IMG/VR virus record: IMGVR_UViG_3300035180_001563
Coordinates: 58,194-122,193 of that record
Direction: 5' to 3' (one strand)
Origin: a virus
Length of the DNA: 64,000 bases
Below are positions 30,385-39,685 of the stretch, piece by piece. Both the position numbers and the translations under genes were made by a program. A model generated the notes under the pieces. The model saw nothing but the letters and a program-made list of their open reading frames with translations, searched no databases and had not been told where the DNA came from. Each line of letters starts with the position of its first letter. Positions within the stretch are counted from its first letter, which is position 1.

Positions 30385-31982
30385 TACACTTGGTGGTATG
30401 CGTCAAGCCACCATTTGGGTGTTATATTTTTAGTTTGTTGTTTAAGATAACTAAACGAACTGTCGAGTATATATACTGTCCCCCAATCTTCCTTGTTTCT
30501 AACAACCCGACCGCTAGCTTGAATTACATCTATGAGTGTCTGTCTGAGGTACCATTGTTGTGATAGCTCAGCCTTTCGCTTAATCCACGCGTCTCCTAAA
30601 AACGGAAATCCAACTTTAACAATAATTGCAAAACGTGATAAATCATCAACGAGATCCAAACCTTCGGTGATACTAGGAGATATTAACAACCCTGGCTTAT
30701 CACTTTTTTGAAAACTTTCAATGATTAACCCCCTGTCAATACCACTTTCAGGGTTGTGGTGGAATATATTATGAGGTATTTTGTTTTTTAATTGTTCAGT
30801 TAACCATTTAGCAATAGCAAAATTGGCAGTGTGTATAATTCCAGATTCGTTGTGGTGATGTTCATTCAACAATTGAACAATTGTTTCAATCATTTGCGTT
30901 CTACCCTTACTATTTTCAGGATTTTTCCAAGCAGCGTTCATCTTCATTACAGGCATAAAAAATATTGGTCGGTGTTCTTTTGAGAATTCCGAGTCTAAAG
31001 ATAAGAAAGCAGCTTCTTTTGGATCAATACCTAAATCAGTACAGAACTGTTTATGGTCTAATATCGTTGATGAAAGAAACAAAAACCGATCGGCATGTTG
31101 TTCAAAAACATTTTTAAAATTATGAGCAGCAGATAATCTTTTAATTTTCATATATGTTGGATCTTTAATGAGAACTAATTGGTCTGATATCTCTTTTTCA
31201 TTTATTTCTCCAACTAAGTGAGATATTGTGGTTGAGTGTTCCAATAAACTATTGGTCTCACGCATCTTTCTAATCTCATCAGCTGTATGGGACTTTGAAT
31301 TTGTAAATGTATCTACTTCTTCCAACATGTCACTTAAAATAATATCAAGTTTTGAAAGGTAAGCAGATTTTAACCACATAAAAGCCTGTTGAACATTATC
31401 GTGTTCTTTGTATGGTAGGTTATACTTTTCACACCGCTTTTTCGATATAATAACAGCATCAAATTCAGTTAATTCTTGTTCTATATTATGACATTCATCA
31501 AATACCATTAACTTGCGTTTATTTTTAAAAACTGTTGTGAAGCCCAATATCAACAATGCAAGTTTGTAATTCATTACAACATGAGGGGTTACTTTGGCTA
31601 GTGCCTTTGCATTTTCATAAGGACAGGAACCACATGGAGGTTTGATTAAACCTCCAATATCACAGGTAGTGTTTTTGTTGATGCAGTGATAATTACCCTT
31701 TCCATATAATGTTGCCATAATACGTTGTGGGTTATCTACGAATGACCTTTCGTACTGTTGTTGGAGAATTTTTTGAGGAGTGAGAATAAAAGAACCACCC
31801 GGTGTGGTTTTACCTTCATTTAAATATTGTGCAAATGTTGTTGCTACATGAGATTTACCACCTCCAACAGGAATTTCACAAATCAGATATTTCGCAGTTT
31901 GTTTTTCTAACCATGTTAAAGCGTCAACTTGTGTCAGTCGAGGTTCACTTGTACTATGTGAGAAAAAGTCTAATATACCCAT
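30381..31982 (-). CDS. DinG/Rad3-like superfamily 2 helicase
   Basis: PVGGGKS, GKGNYHC plus Cys cluster, DECH, EGLD, QASGRVVR..DWG..ILD. Confidence 0.9.
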   Translation of the reverse strand: MGILDFFSHSTSEPRLTQVDALTWLEKQTAKYLICEIPVGGGKSHVATTFAQYLNEGKTTPGGSFILTPQKILQQQYERSFVDNPQRIMATLYGKGNYHCINKNTTCDIGGLIKPPCGSCPYENAKALAKVTPHVVMNYKLALLILGFTTVFKNKRKLMVFDECHNIEQELTEFDAVIISKKRCEKYNLPYKEHDNVQQAFMWLKSAYLSKLDIILSDMLEEVDTFTNSKSHTADEIRKMRETNSLLEHSTTISHLVGEINEKEISDQLVLIKDPTYMKIKRLSAAHNFKNVFEQHADRFLFLSSTILDHKQFCTDLGIDPKEAAFLSLDSEFSKEHRPIFFMPVMKMNAAWKNPENSKGRTQMIETIVQLLNEHHHNESGIIHTANFAIAKWLTEQLKNKIPHNIFHHNPESGIDRGLIIESFQKSDKPGLLISPSITEGLDLVDDLSRFAIIVKVGFPFLGDAWIKRKAELSQQWYLRQTLIDVIQASGRVVRNKEDWGTVYILDSSFSYLKQQTKNITPKWWLDAYHQVY

Positions 31983-32060
31983 TTGTGTAAAACCTTATTA
32001 TTAATAAATTTCATTTTACACTACTTTGTAATAAATATAAACAATTGACTCTGAACTTTT

Positions 32061-32795
32061 ATGAAATTAACATTTAAACAGTATATCATCTCAGAAGTTG
32101 AACTCTCCGCAAACTTTCCAATACACAAGGAATTGGAACAGTCTATTTGGGATAAAAATGTATTGAGAACTGATGTTAAAGCTGCTATGAAAAAGATTGC
32201 AAAAGAATTTGAAAAATTTCTCGAATCTCCAGATGTTAAAGTTGTAGATGTTATTTTTACAGGAAGTCTTGCCAATTTTAATTACACAAAATATTCAGAT
32301 GTTGATATTCATCTGATATTGGATGCAAAATCAAGTGATAATGATCAATGTGTAATCGACTTACGTGAATTTTTAATGGCAAAGAAAAATTTATGGAACC
32401 AAACACATAATATAGTTATACACAAGTTCCCAGTAGAAGTATATGCTCAGCTTGCAGATGAAAGTAACGTTGCGAGTGGGGTATACAGTTTAACTAAAGA
32501 TGAGTGGATCACAAAACCGACCCACATTTCAAAAAAATATAACAAATACGCCGTTGAAGTGAAGGCAAAACACCTTGCTCATGCTATTGATAAAGTAATA
32601 GAGGATAAAGTTGATGATAGTGACGTTTTAAAGAAAATCATGGAAAAAATCAAGACCATGAGAAAAAGTGGTTTAGAAAAAGGAGGCGAGATGTCGGAAG
32701 AAAATCTCGCCTTTAAAGTTCTCAGAAACAACGGTTATTTAGAAAAACTCACGAAATATCGTACCAAAGTAAGGGATAAAACACTGTCATTGTGA
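32061..32795 (+). CDS. Pol-beta-superfamily nucleotidyltransferase with CTS-like leader
   Basis: TGSLANFNYTKYSDVDIHL (GS..DxD), PVEVY; N-terminus MKLTFKQYIISE. Confidence 0.85.
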   Translation: MKLTFKQYIISEVELSANFPIHKELEQSIWDKNVLRTDVKAAMKKIAKEFEKFLESPDVKVVDVIFTGSLANFNYTKYSDVDIHLILDAKSSDNDQCVIDLREFLMAKKNLWNQTHNIVIHKFPVEVYAQLADESNVASGVYSLTKDEWITKPTHISKKYNKYAVEVKAKHLAHAIDKVIEDKVDDSDVLKKIMEKIKTMRKSGLEKGGEMSEENLAFKVLRNNGYLEKLTKYRTKVRDKTLSL

Positions 32796-33374
32796 GTTAA
32801 ACTCTTTAACCCGCATAGTTGCTCGTTTAAGTTCTTCATAAGAAGTGTTCATCCAACGTTCTTGAGCAAATTTTTCATACTCTACTCCAGTCATCTTTTT
32901 TCTGTTAGCTTCATCGTCGTATATTACAGTTTGAAATGTGCTTCGAGCATATAGTATAAGTGGTAAACCTACTACCAAATCAAGTATCAAACCAAACACC
33001 ATTATAGCCATAAGAATAAAAGCGAGTAACGCCATACCATGTTCTACACCCAATAGAGTACTTTGAATTAACGATGCTTGCTGTCCATCTTCGTGTTGAT
33101 CAGTTAATTCGGACAACACTCCACCAACAACTGCTCCAGTCATAATTGCTCTCGACGTGGGACTTGACATTCCTAGTTGTTCTTTAATAATATTGATAGC
33201 AAAAATAGTACCTACCTGTATCACATAATTGTTTCCGATGTACAACCCACTCTTAACCACATCTGGCCAGTGTCGATCTGGACCATCAACTTCTTTGAAT
33301 GGTTTATATACTTGAAGCAGTGCAGCCACATCAGGTGAAATGTAGTGTACTGAATTGTATCTCAAAGTTCTCAT
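32787..33374 (-). CDS. Hypothetical membrane protein
   Basis: GAVVGGVL and a long hydrophobic segment; GGAG RBS and sigma70-like promoter upstream. Confidence 0.6.
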   Translation of the reverse strand: MRTLRYNSVHYISPDVAALLQVYKPFKEVDGPDRHWPDVVKSGLYIGNNYVIQVGTIFAINIIKEQLGMSSPTSRAIMTGAVVGGVLSELTDQHEDGQQASLIQSTLLGVEHGMALLAFILMAIMVFGLILDLVVGLPLILYARSTFQTVIYDDEANRKKMTGVEYEKFAQERWMNTSYEELKRATMRVKEFNSQ

Positions 33375-33403
33375 GATATTCTCCGTGTGGTTTATGTATG
33401 TCC

Positions 33404-33431
33404 ATAATACCCTAATTTTTATTTAAGTCAA
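33404..33431 (-). promoter_or_regulatory. Sigma70-like early promoter
   Basis: TTGACT-N16-TATTAT. Confidence 0.5.
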
Positions 33432-33432
33432 C

Positions 33433-33459
33433 AAAAAAGGACGCGTCGCGTCCTTTTTT
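33433..33459 (-). terminator. Rho-independent terminator
   Basis: aaaaaaggacgcg / cgcgtcctttttt inverted repeat. Confidence 0.75.
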
Positions 33460-33478
33460 CTTCCCTTCCCTTGAGAAT

Positions 33479-33904
33479 TTAATTACTTTGAATATCTACC
33501 ACTCCTGATGGTGTATTCATAGCTGCCTGATCTTCTGGAGAATTTCCACTTCCAACAGTTGATTCATCATCTAATGATTCAGGACAGACTTGCTTACATA
33601 CTTCTATATAATCATCCATATCTAGAGGGGAATGTTTAAAACTACACACTATCAAAGCGTTTGCGAATTCGTGTAACATTACATCATCTTTTGCATCTTC
33701 GTGTGACCACTCCATTATACGAATCAAAGTTGGAACATCCATTGCTACTACATCAGGGTGATCTTGTGGTTGATCACGAAATACAGCAGTTGCTGGATCT
33801 GAATCTGGATTAGCTTCTGGATCATATGGTACCTGTTGTTGAGACATGGAAGTGTCAAACTCAAAATCACCCTCATTCATTTTCTTTAATAATTTGAAAG
33901 CCAT
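33479..33904 (-). CDS. Hypothetical acidic protein
   Basis: MDVPTLIRIMEWSHEDA..D..LH motif; TATAAATA at 33931-33938 upstream. Confidence 0.6.
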   Translation of the reverse strand: MAFKLLKKMNEGDFEFDTSMSQQQVPYDPEANPDSDPATAVFRDQPQDHPDVVAMDVPTLIRIMEWSHEDAKDDVMLHEFANALIVCSFKHSPLDMDDYIEVCKQVCPESLDDESTVGSGNSPEDQAAMNTPSGVVDIQSN

Positions 33905-33929
33905 AATAATATTCCTTTGTTGTATTCAG

Positions 33930-34403
33930 TTATTTATAACAAGCTAACCAAAAAGCATCACAAACATCTGCTAGTCCAGTTGTTTTTTTGTATCGTCCCT
34001 TAAATAACTCTAATATTTCTGGAGATAGAGATGATATCATTGCTGCCTTATCTGCTTTTCCAGATCCAGTTGCAAACTTTTTCAAAGATGTAGGAGCAAT
34101 AATTCTACAATTAATGTTGATGTTATTGTTTCGAAGTCCTGTTATCAAAACAAACAACAAACCAGCTAAGTCTCTTGTGGCATCACCTCGTATCCCAAAA
34201 GCAAGCCCTTCGAAATTCACACTGTGTATATTGTGTTTTATAATTAAATTTTGAAATACAGTTGATATTTGACGTGCACGATCATATATGTCTAGTGCAG
34301 CATCAGATTTGAAAGTTCCAAATTCTATGATATTTCTCGTTTCAGATCCATCTAGAACACAAAATCCTGAATTGGTATATGACTGATCGAACCCTAAGAT
34401 CAT
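33930..34403 (-). CDS. ruvC: RuvC-like Holliday junction resolvase
   Basis: ILGFDQS, FEG, PTSLKKFATGSGKADK..M, D..DA. Confidence 0.85.
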   Translation of the reverse strand: MILGFDQSYTNSGFCVLDGSETRNIIEFGTFKSDAALDIYDRARQISTVFQNLIIKHNIHSVNFEGLAFGIRGDATRDLAGLLFVLITGLRNNNININCRIIAPTSLKKFATGSGKADKAAMISSLSPEILELFKGRYKKTTGLADVCDAFWLACYK

Positions 34404-34440
34404 TATAACCTCTTATAAACGTGAGGTTATTTATACCTAA

Positions 34441-34878
34441 GTGAACTACCCCAATGCTAAAGCATTGGGGCTTCCAGGCCAACGCCCAGATTTTCCTGCT
34501 TCATCATTGTATAACTAGATATATCATATGCTATATCCCCACCAGAGGCAACTCCACAGGCGTAAATTCCGCTAGTTCCCAGCGTATTTAAACCGATGTT
34601 CCGAATATTAATCGCAGCATTAATGTCAAACTGAAAATTAAATTTTCCCTTCAACAGCACATTTGTCAATATTTGCTTTTAACATCTGATTCCACAACCA
34701 ACGAACCGATCCACCCGTCTGTTTTAGCGCGGTTTCCTGATCTGGTGTTGGATTTAATCGGAACGTGAATGCCTTATGCAACTTATGTTCTCCATTTGTA
34801 TAAGAGTATTTGTGATGAAAGTTAGAAGAGAGACCAACTAATTCATCCCCGTCTGGGATGAATTAGTTGAGAAGATTG
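34441..34878 (-). mobile_element. tnpB: Internally deleted IS200/IS605-family tnpB element retaining both ends
   Basis: TnpB N-terminus HKAFTFRLNPTPDQ..GSVRWLWNQML joined out of frame to C-terminal DINAAINIRNIGL; right end GAAGCCCCAATGCTTTAGCATTGGGGTAGTTCAC; 15-bp-stem hairpin near 34836-34870; left boundary inferred. Confidence 0.8.
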
Positions 34879-34880
34879 AT

Positions 34881-34904
34881 AAAAAGGGGTCCTAGGACCC
34901 CTTT
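34881..34904 (-). terminator. Terminator after the lipoprotein gene
   Basis: aaaggggtcc / ggacccttt-type inverted repeat followed by a U-tract on the minus strand. Confidence 0.75.
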
Positions 34905-34927
34905 ATATTATTAACACGGTTGTGATT

Positions 34928-35605
34928 TTAGTTTGTGATCGTTCCGGTTCCACTTGTTCCACCAGCATTCGTAACTGTTGGTGCATATGTACCAGTACCG
35001 GTTGTTCCAGTTCCTGTTAATGAAGACAACGTACCAGCACCTAACACACCAGTTCCAGATAATGATGAATATGTACCAGAACCAATCGTACCCGTACCAC
35101 TCAAGTCACTTGAACTGAACGATCCACTTCCAATCACACCATTGCCACCAATCGTTATATTAGGGGCAGGGGCCTGTACATATTGATAACCAGTGGTGCT
35201 GCCCTTAGTAATTGCATCAATCATGTTAGAACCAGCCTTACCAACTGCCAATATCTGACCTATCGGAGCAGCAGCACCAATAATAGCCTTCGCTAACTCA
35301 AGATTCTGGTTAACTGGAGGTTGGTATGGTGTGATTTGAGCTGACATGTTTTGTGAACCATTCTGTGGGGCGTATACCCTAAACTCTTTAACACCCTTTA
35401 TTTCTATTGATTCACCTTCTCGTGCAACAATGTCAACTAGTGGTCGATCTGCTGCAGCTTCTGCCATTTTAATGTCTCTTTGTGAAGATACGTATAACGC
35501 ATAATTGGGGTCTACTTTTGTGGGTGTTTGTGAACACCCAGTTAAATATATCGCCACCAACGCTATGGCTGTCGAACTTACTACTGTCTTAACCAAATGT
35601 TTCAT
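34928..35605 (-). CDS. Putative lipoprotein with Gly/Thr/Ser-rich C-terminal repeats
   Basis: Signal peptide with lipobox LTGC; (S/T)GTG.(I/L/T)G.GT repeats. Confidence 0.7.
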   Translation of the reverse strand: MKHLVKTVVSSTAIALVAIYLTGCSQTPTKVDPNYALYVSSQRDIKMAEAAADRPLVDIVAREGESIEIKGVKEFRVYAPQNGSQNMSAQITPYQPPVNQNLELAKAIIGAAAPIGQILAVGKAGSNMIDAITKGSTTGYQYVQAPAPNITIGGNGVIGSGSFSSSDLSGTGTIGSGTYSSLSGTGVLGAGTLSSLTGTGTTGTGTYAPTVTNAGGTSGTGTITN

Positions 35606-35709
35606 TTATTTCTCCTTGAAAAACTGTTTGTGAGGTATTAACCCTCAAATTATAATACATTATTTTGTAAAAAGATACAACATATATTTAGTATCGACTA
35701 TAAATTCAG

Positions 35710-38589
35710 TTACTCTTCTTGAAGTGACTCAATTGGGTCAAAAGTGTCTACTTCTTGTATACTACTGAAACCACCTTTCATCTGAACGGTGAGAGTTCTA
35801 TCAAAAACGCTTCCAATTTCATCTCGGTGAGAAATGATGTAAATATTCAGATCTTCATCTCTAGCCTTCTTCTTTAGCATCTTAGCTGACGATTGAACCC
35901 CCACAGAATCCAAACCAACATCAAGCACTTCATCTAATAAACAAATGTTAATTGGTGTGTGTAATTTTTGTAAGACATCTCTAAACGCCAAAGATAATGC
36001 CAGATTGACTCGGGCACGTTGTCCATTTGACAAGTTTCCAAAACTTAAAGGTCTTCCATATAAACTAATCTTTGCTGTCATTTCATGAGTAAACTCAACT
36101 CGATGAACTAACCCAACCTGAGTCAAGTAATGATGAAGTCTCATGTTTAAGAACGGCAAGTTTCTATTAAGTAAAGCCTTTCTAACGAAACTATCCTTTT
36201 TTGTTAAAAGCTTTAACAAGAACTGTTGATGGTCTTGTGTTTTCTTCATCTCATTCAGATTCGTATAATCAATTGGATCGATATCCAATTGTTCTAATTC
36301 TCGGAGAGGCTCCAAGAAAGGGTTTACAGATTTTGTTAAATCTTCCACTTTCTGTATAATTACCTGTTTTTGAGTGTGAATCTCAACCAATTGTTCTATG
36401 TCATCAACCTGCTTTTGTTTCTTTTTAATCTTTAATAAAGTAGATAGATCTTCATCATCGGCGTCAGCGTCGTCTAACCGTTCACTGTATTGACTTAATA
36501 GTGTTTTTGCTTCTTCTAGATTATCTGTGCATTGAGAAATCTTTGATTCAGCATCGGCAAATTGTTGTAAACAATATGGACACTTTTGATCGGATAAATG
36601 GATAAGCTCATGTGTACTATCTTTAATAGTTTTTTCACATCGAAGAATAGAAGCTTTCAACTGCTTCCGTTCCAACATATTATCCTTTAGTTGTTTTTCC
36701 AATTCAGTAACTTCAGTATGTAACTTTTTTTCAACTTCAACGTCAACTGATTCTGCTTCTTCTAATTTTCTCTCATAGTCAACGATTGTTTGAGCATTCG
36801 TGTGTGACCATGTTTCAACTCGCTGTTGAGCAACTTTGAGTTGATCGTTATATCTCGAGTGTTCCTTTTCTAATTGTTCAATACGAACTTTTTGAATCGT
36901 CATCGAGTCTTCATTTGATTTAATCATTTCCTTTAAGATGACTGCTTGTTCAGATAACACTGTAAGGTTGAATAACCGTTCGATAAAGTCAGTTTGATTG
37001 GCTTGATAATGAGAATTCACAGGCATATCTAAGAAAGGAGTATGATTTGCAGATATAACAACAATCCGAACAAACATATCGTATGGCATTCCAATTACAT
37101 CTTGTATAGCTAGATCTGTGTTTTTTACGCTATCCCGAGCTTTATTATCCCCATTAACAAAAAAGTGTACAGAGTTTTCTCTTCCAGACTTTCCAGACTT
37201 TCTTCTTCGTTCAATTTTATATTGAACTCCACCTTTTTCAAATTCAACAATAACTTCAAGATTTTTTCCATTGATATTATTTATCAAATCGTCAACTTTA
37301 ATATCAGAAATTGGTCTATCATAGATTGCATAGGTAAGAGCATTCATTAATGTTGTGTTATGAGTTACGATAAAGTTGTCGGTTATGTATAAGTGATCTG
37401 GGTGATCGATCATAATACACTTTGTGTTCTGCATTCCTAAAAAATCAATAGAGTCTATCCTTAATCCCATGTTTGCATATTGTGTTTGTCCTGTTGTCAC
37501 CCGATCTTTTTTTCGAGTCAAGGAGAATAGTTGAGATGGGGTGTGATAATTAATACTTACGTTGAAAGATGGGCGTCCAGGAATCCTTTCATTATTCTTA
37601 TTCTTATAAAATGGTAAACGTGTGGTCATTTTAGCTGTTCCACCCAACGACCTAACAAGATATTGAACGTCTGTTGCTAGTCTTAAACTTGTGGATGAGA
37701 AAGATATGTTGTGTGTTTTACCAACTGTACCGTCTGTATCAAGTAAACCCTGTAATAGTTGCAATTTCTGCATTTGAGACGTTTTGAGCATATATTGGTC
37801 TGGTATAAATTTTTCATAACTATAACAACCCCACACTCCTATATTCATCAATATTGACCTTAGTGTGTTGCCCTTTGAACGAGTAACGTTATTACACACT
37901 ACATAGTCTTTCGTGTTGTTACGACCGAACAGTCGTAAGTGTTGTCCTAGTGTAATCAGTTGTTCATTAACGCGATTCACAATATGTGCGTCTATAGAAG
38001 TAAACTTGGGAGTTTTATCCGTAAGTCTACCATCTCCCAGCAAAGCACCTAGTAAATATGGGTCTAGTGGTAATTGTGCATCTGAAATATCTTCATGTTT
38101 TGGTAGTGGGACAAAAATTTTATAAGAGTTTCTGTTATAACTAGGATTCATCACCAGTTGTTCTAGTTCCAACGTGGTTAGGGTTTTGGTTCCTCGTTCT
38201 CCAATCGAACCCCACCTAGGTGAAAACACTGACCACAAATGTTCACTGTCTGCTTCAGTTTCTCGGCCATCACCAAATCGAATTTTATACGTAGGTCGTA
38301 CCCCCTCTTGTGGGAATGTATCAATGACCTTTGCGACACTACCGTCTGGTGTTATGACATCGTCACCAGTTTGGATATCACCCATGGTTGTCCACCCAGA
38401 CGGCGTCTTTATGTTACAATGTAACGGTTGCGCTTTACCAACGCCGTTACTGCTTTGACCATTAGTTGTATTATCCAAGTCTTCACCCAAAATTAACGTC
38501 GTACCTGTTTTCTGTAGATCGACTACAGTTTTAACTTTTCCATATGACATGAAATTTGATAAGGAGATTGTTTTAAATTCGATTTTCAT
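35710..38589 (-). CDS. gp46: Recombination nuclease ATPase subunit (gp46/SbcC/Rad50) containing an intein
   Basis: NFMSYG, NGVGK[intein]TT, Zn hook CPYC, LSNGQ, LLDE, ISH. Confidence 0.95.
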   Translation of the reverse strand: MKIEFKTISLSNFMSYGKVKTVVDLQKTGTTLILGEDLDNTTNGQSSNGVGKAQPLHCNIKTPSGWTTMGDIQTGDDVITPDGSVAKVIDTFPQEGVRPTYKIRFGDGRETEADSEHLWSVFSPRWGSIGERGTKTLTTLELEQLVMNPSYNRNSYKIFVPLPKHEDISDAQLPLDPYLLGALLGDGRLTDKTPKFTSIDAHIVNRVNEQLITLGQHLRLFGRNNTKDYVVCNNVTRSKGNTLRSILMNIGVWGCYSYEKFIPDQYMLKTSQMQKLQLLQGLLDTDGTVGKTHNISFSSTSLRLATDVQYLVRSLGGTAKMTTRLPFYKNKNNERIPGRPSFNVSINYHTPSQLFSLTRKKDRVTTGQTQYANMGLRIDSIDFLGMQNTKCIMIDHPDHLYITDNFIVTHNTTLMNALTYAIYDRPISDIKVDDLINNINGKNLEVIVEFEKGGVQYKIERRRKSGKSGRENSVHFFVNGDNKARDSVKNTDLAIQDVIGMPYDMFVRIVVISANHTPFLDMPVNSHYQANQTDFIERLFNLTVLSEQAVILKEMIKSNEDSMTIQKVRIEQLEKEHSRYNDQLKVAQQRVETWSHTNAQTIVDYERKLEEAESVDVEVEKKLHTEVTELEKQLKDNMLERKQLKASILRCEKTIKDSTHELIHLSDQKCPYCLQQFADAESKISQCTDNLEEAKTLLSQYSERLDDADADDEDLSTLLKIKKKQKQVDDIEQLVEIHTQKQVIIQKVEDLTKSVNPFLEPLRELEQLDIDPIDYTNLNEMKKTQDHQQFLLKLLTKKDSFVRKALLNRNLPFLNMRLHHYLTQVGLVHRVEFTHEMTAKISLYGRPLSFGNLSNGQRARVNLALSLAFRDVLQKLHTPINICLLDEVLDVGLDSVGVQSSAKMLKKKARDEDLNIYIISHRDEIGSVFDRTLTVQMKGGFSSIQEVDTFDPIESLQEE
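37357..38433 (-). mobile_element. Class-3-type intein with LAGLIDADG endonuclease in the gp46 Walker A motif (359 aa)
   Basis: Begins AQPL, ends VTHN before T; W in HLW, C in TKCI, T in THN (WCT); LLGALLGDG and LLQGLLDTDG. Confidence 0.9.
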
Positions 38590-38591
38590 TA

Positions 38592-39641
38592 TTAAACCTT
38601 TAGAGACTTATAGATGTCAATTAACATTTCGTTATTAATGTGCTCAGTGTCAATGTTGTTGAGTAATTGTAGCATCATTTCACTCACCGATAATAATTCT
38701 CCATCTGTAACACTAACATCTACTTCTGTACCACTGATCACATTCTCAATTTCTTCTGATTCTTCAATCACCATCTCACGAAGTTTATACTTATCTAAAA
38801 AAGATTGCCGAATCACATTAATCTCTTCGTATGTGAGAGTGATATCTGCAGAACATTTAACTCTGGATTCAGTTGGGATTTGAATTTTTCCATCGATAAG
38901 CGCTGAAATCGTTGTTTTGATAAACTTTGGACATTGATCCCAATCTTTAAATTCTACCCGATTTGTTATGTAATCATACGTTGCCATTCCTCTTGAGGCA
39001 TCTCCTGCATCCCCAAAATTTGTTGGAAATGTATTTCCGATGTAAGTAACATTTTCAAAATGTTGACGTTTGTGAAAATGTCCTGAAAAAATTTGTTTAG
39101 GACCCTTAAAATCGTTTGAGTTGGGTCCAGAAGGCATTATGTTGTTATACCCAGTAACAATAAACCCCTGAAACTCAAAATGTCCATACCAAACAGGAAC
39201 TTTGAGATAGTTTGCTAATTCAGTATATTCTTCATGGAACATATATGGACAGAATAACGTCGGAATAATAGTTTCCTCACTCACAATCGGGTCGTCGATT
39301 ATTCTAAAATTTTCAAATGAAGATAAGTGAAATACGGAATGGATATCACGAGTGTGTCTATAATACAAATCGTGATTTCCAACATGAAAAAATACAGGCA
39401 ATCCAAGATCATTTAACTTCTTAGCACCATGATACGAAGACTTTAAGGTTGATACGTTAAGAGCACTTCTGTTCTCGTGCCAATCTCCCATAAACACAAC
39501 ATGATCTATGTCTGGGTCTTTGTGGACATTTTCACAAAACCAATCAATATAATTCATGCAATCATTATTGTGTTGATCTGAATTATTTCTCGCTCCCCAA
39601 TGGATATCTGTAAACATCGCAGATTTCTTTAATTTTTTCAT
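38592..39641 (-). CDS. gp47: Recombination nuclease subunit (gp47/SbcD/Mre11)
   Basis: DIHWG, GD, GNHD, GHFH metallophosphoesterase motifs. Confidence 0.95.
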   Translation of the reverse strand: MKKLKKSAMFTDIHWGARNNSDQHNNDCMNYIDWFCENVHKDPDIDHVVFMGDWHENRSALNVSTLKSSYHGAKKLNDLGLPVFFHVGNHDLYYRHTRDIHSVFHLSSFENFRIIDDPIVSEETIIPTLFCPYMFHEEYTELANYLKVPVWYGHFEFQGFIVTGYNNIMPSGPNSNDFKGPKQIFSGHFHKRQHFENVTYIGNTFPTNFGDAGDASRGMATYDYITNRVEFKDWDQCPKFIKTTISALIDGKIQIPTESRVKCSADITLTYEEINVIRQSFLDKYKLREMVIEESEEIENVISGTEVDVSVTDGELLSVSEMMLQLLNNIDTEHINNEMLIDIYKSLKV

Positions 39642-39685
39642 TGACTGTCCATTTCAAAAAATAGGATCTTATTATCGTTATTAAT

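Noticed and set aside
34457-34669. 70-aa ORF as a functional gene
   Set aside because: It is the out-of-frame C-terminal remnant of the deleted tnpB
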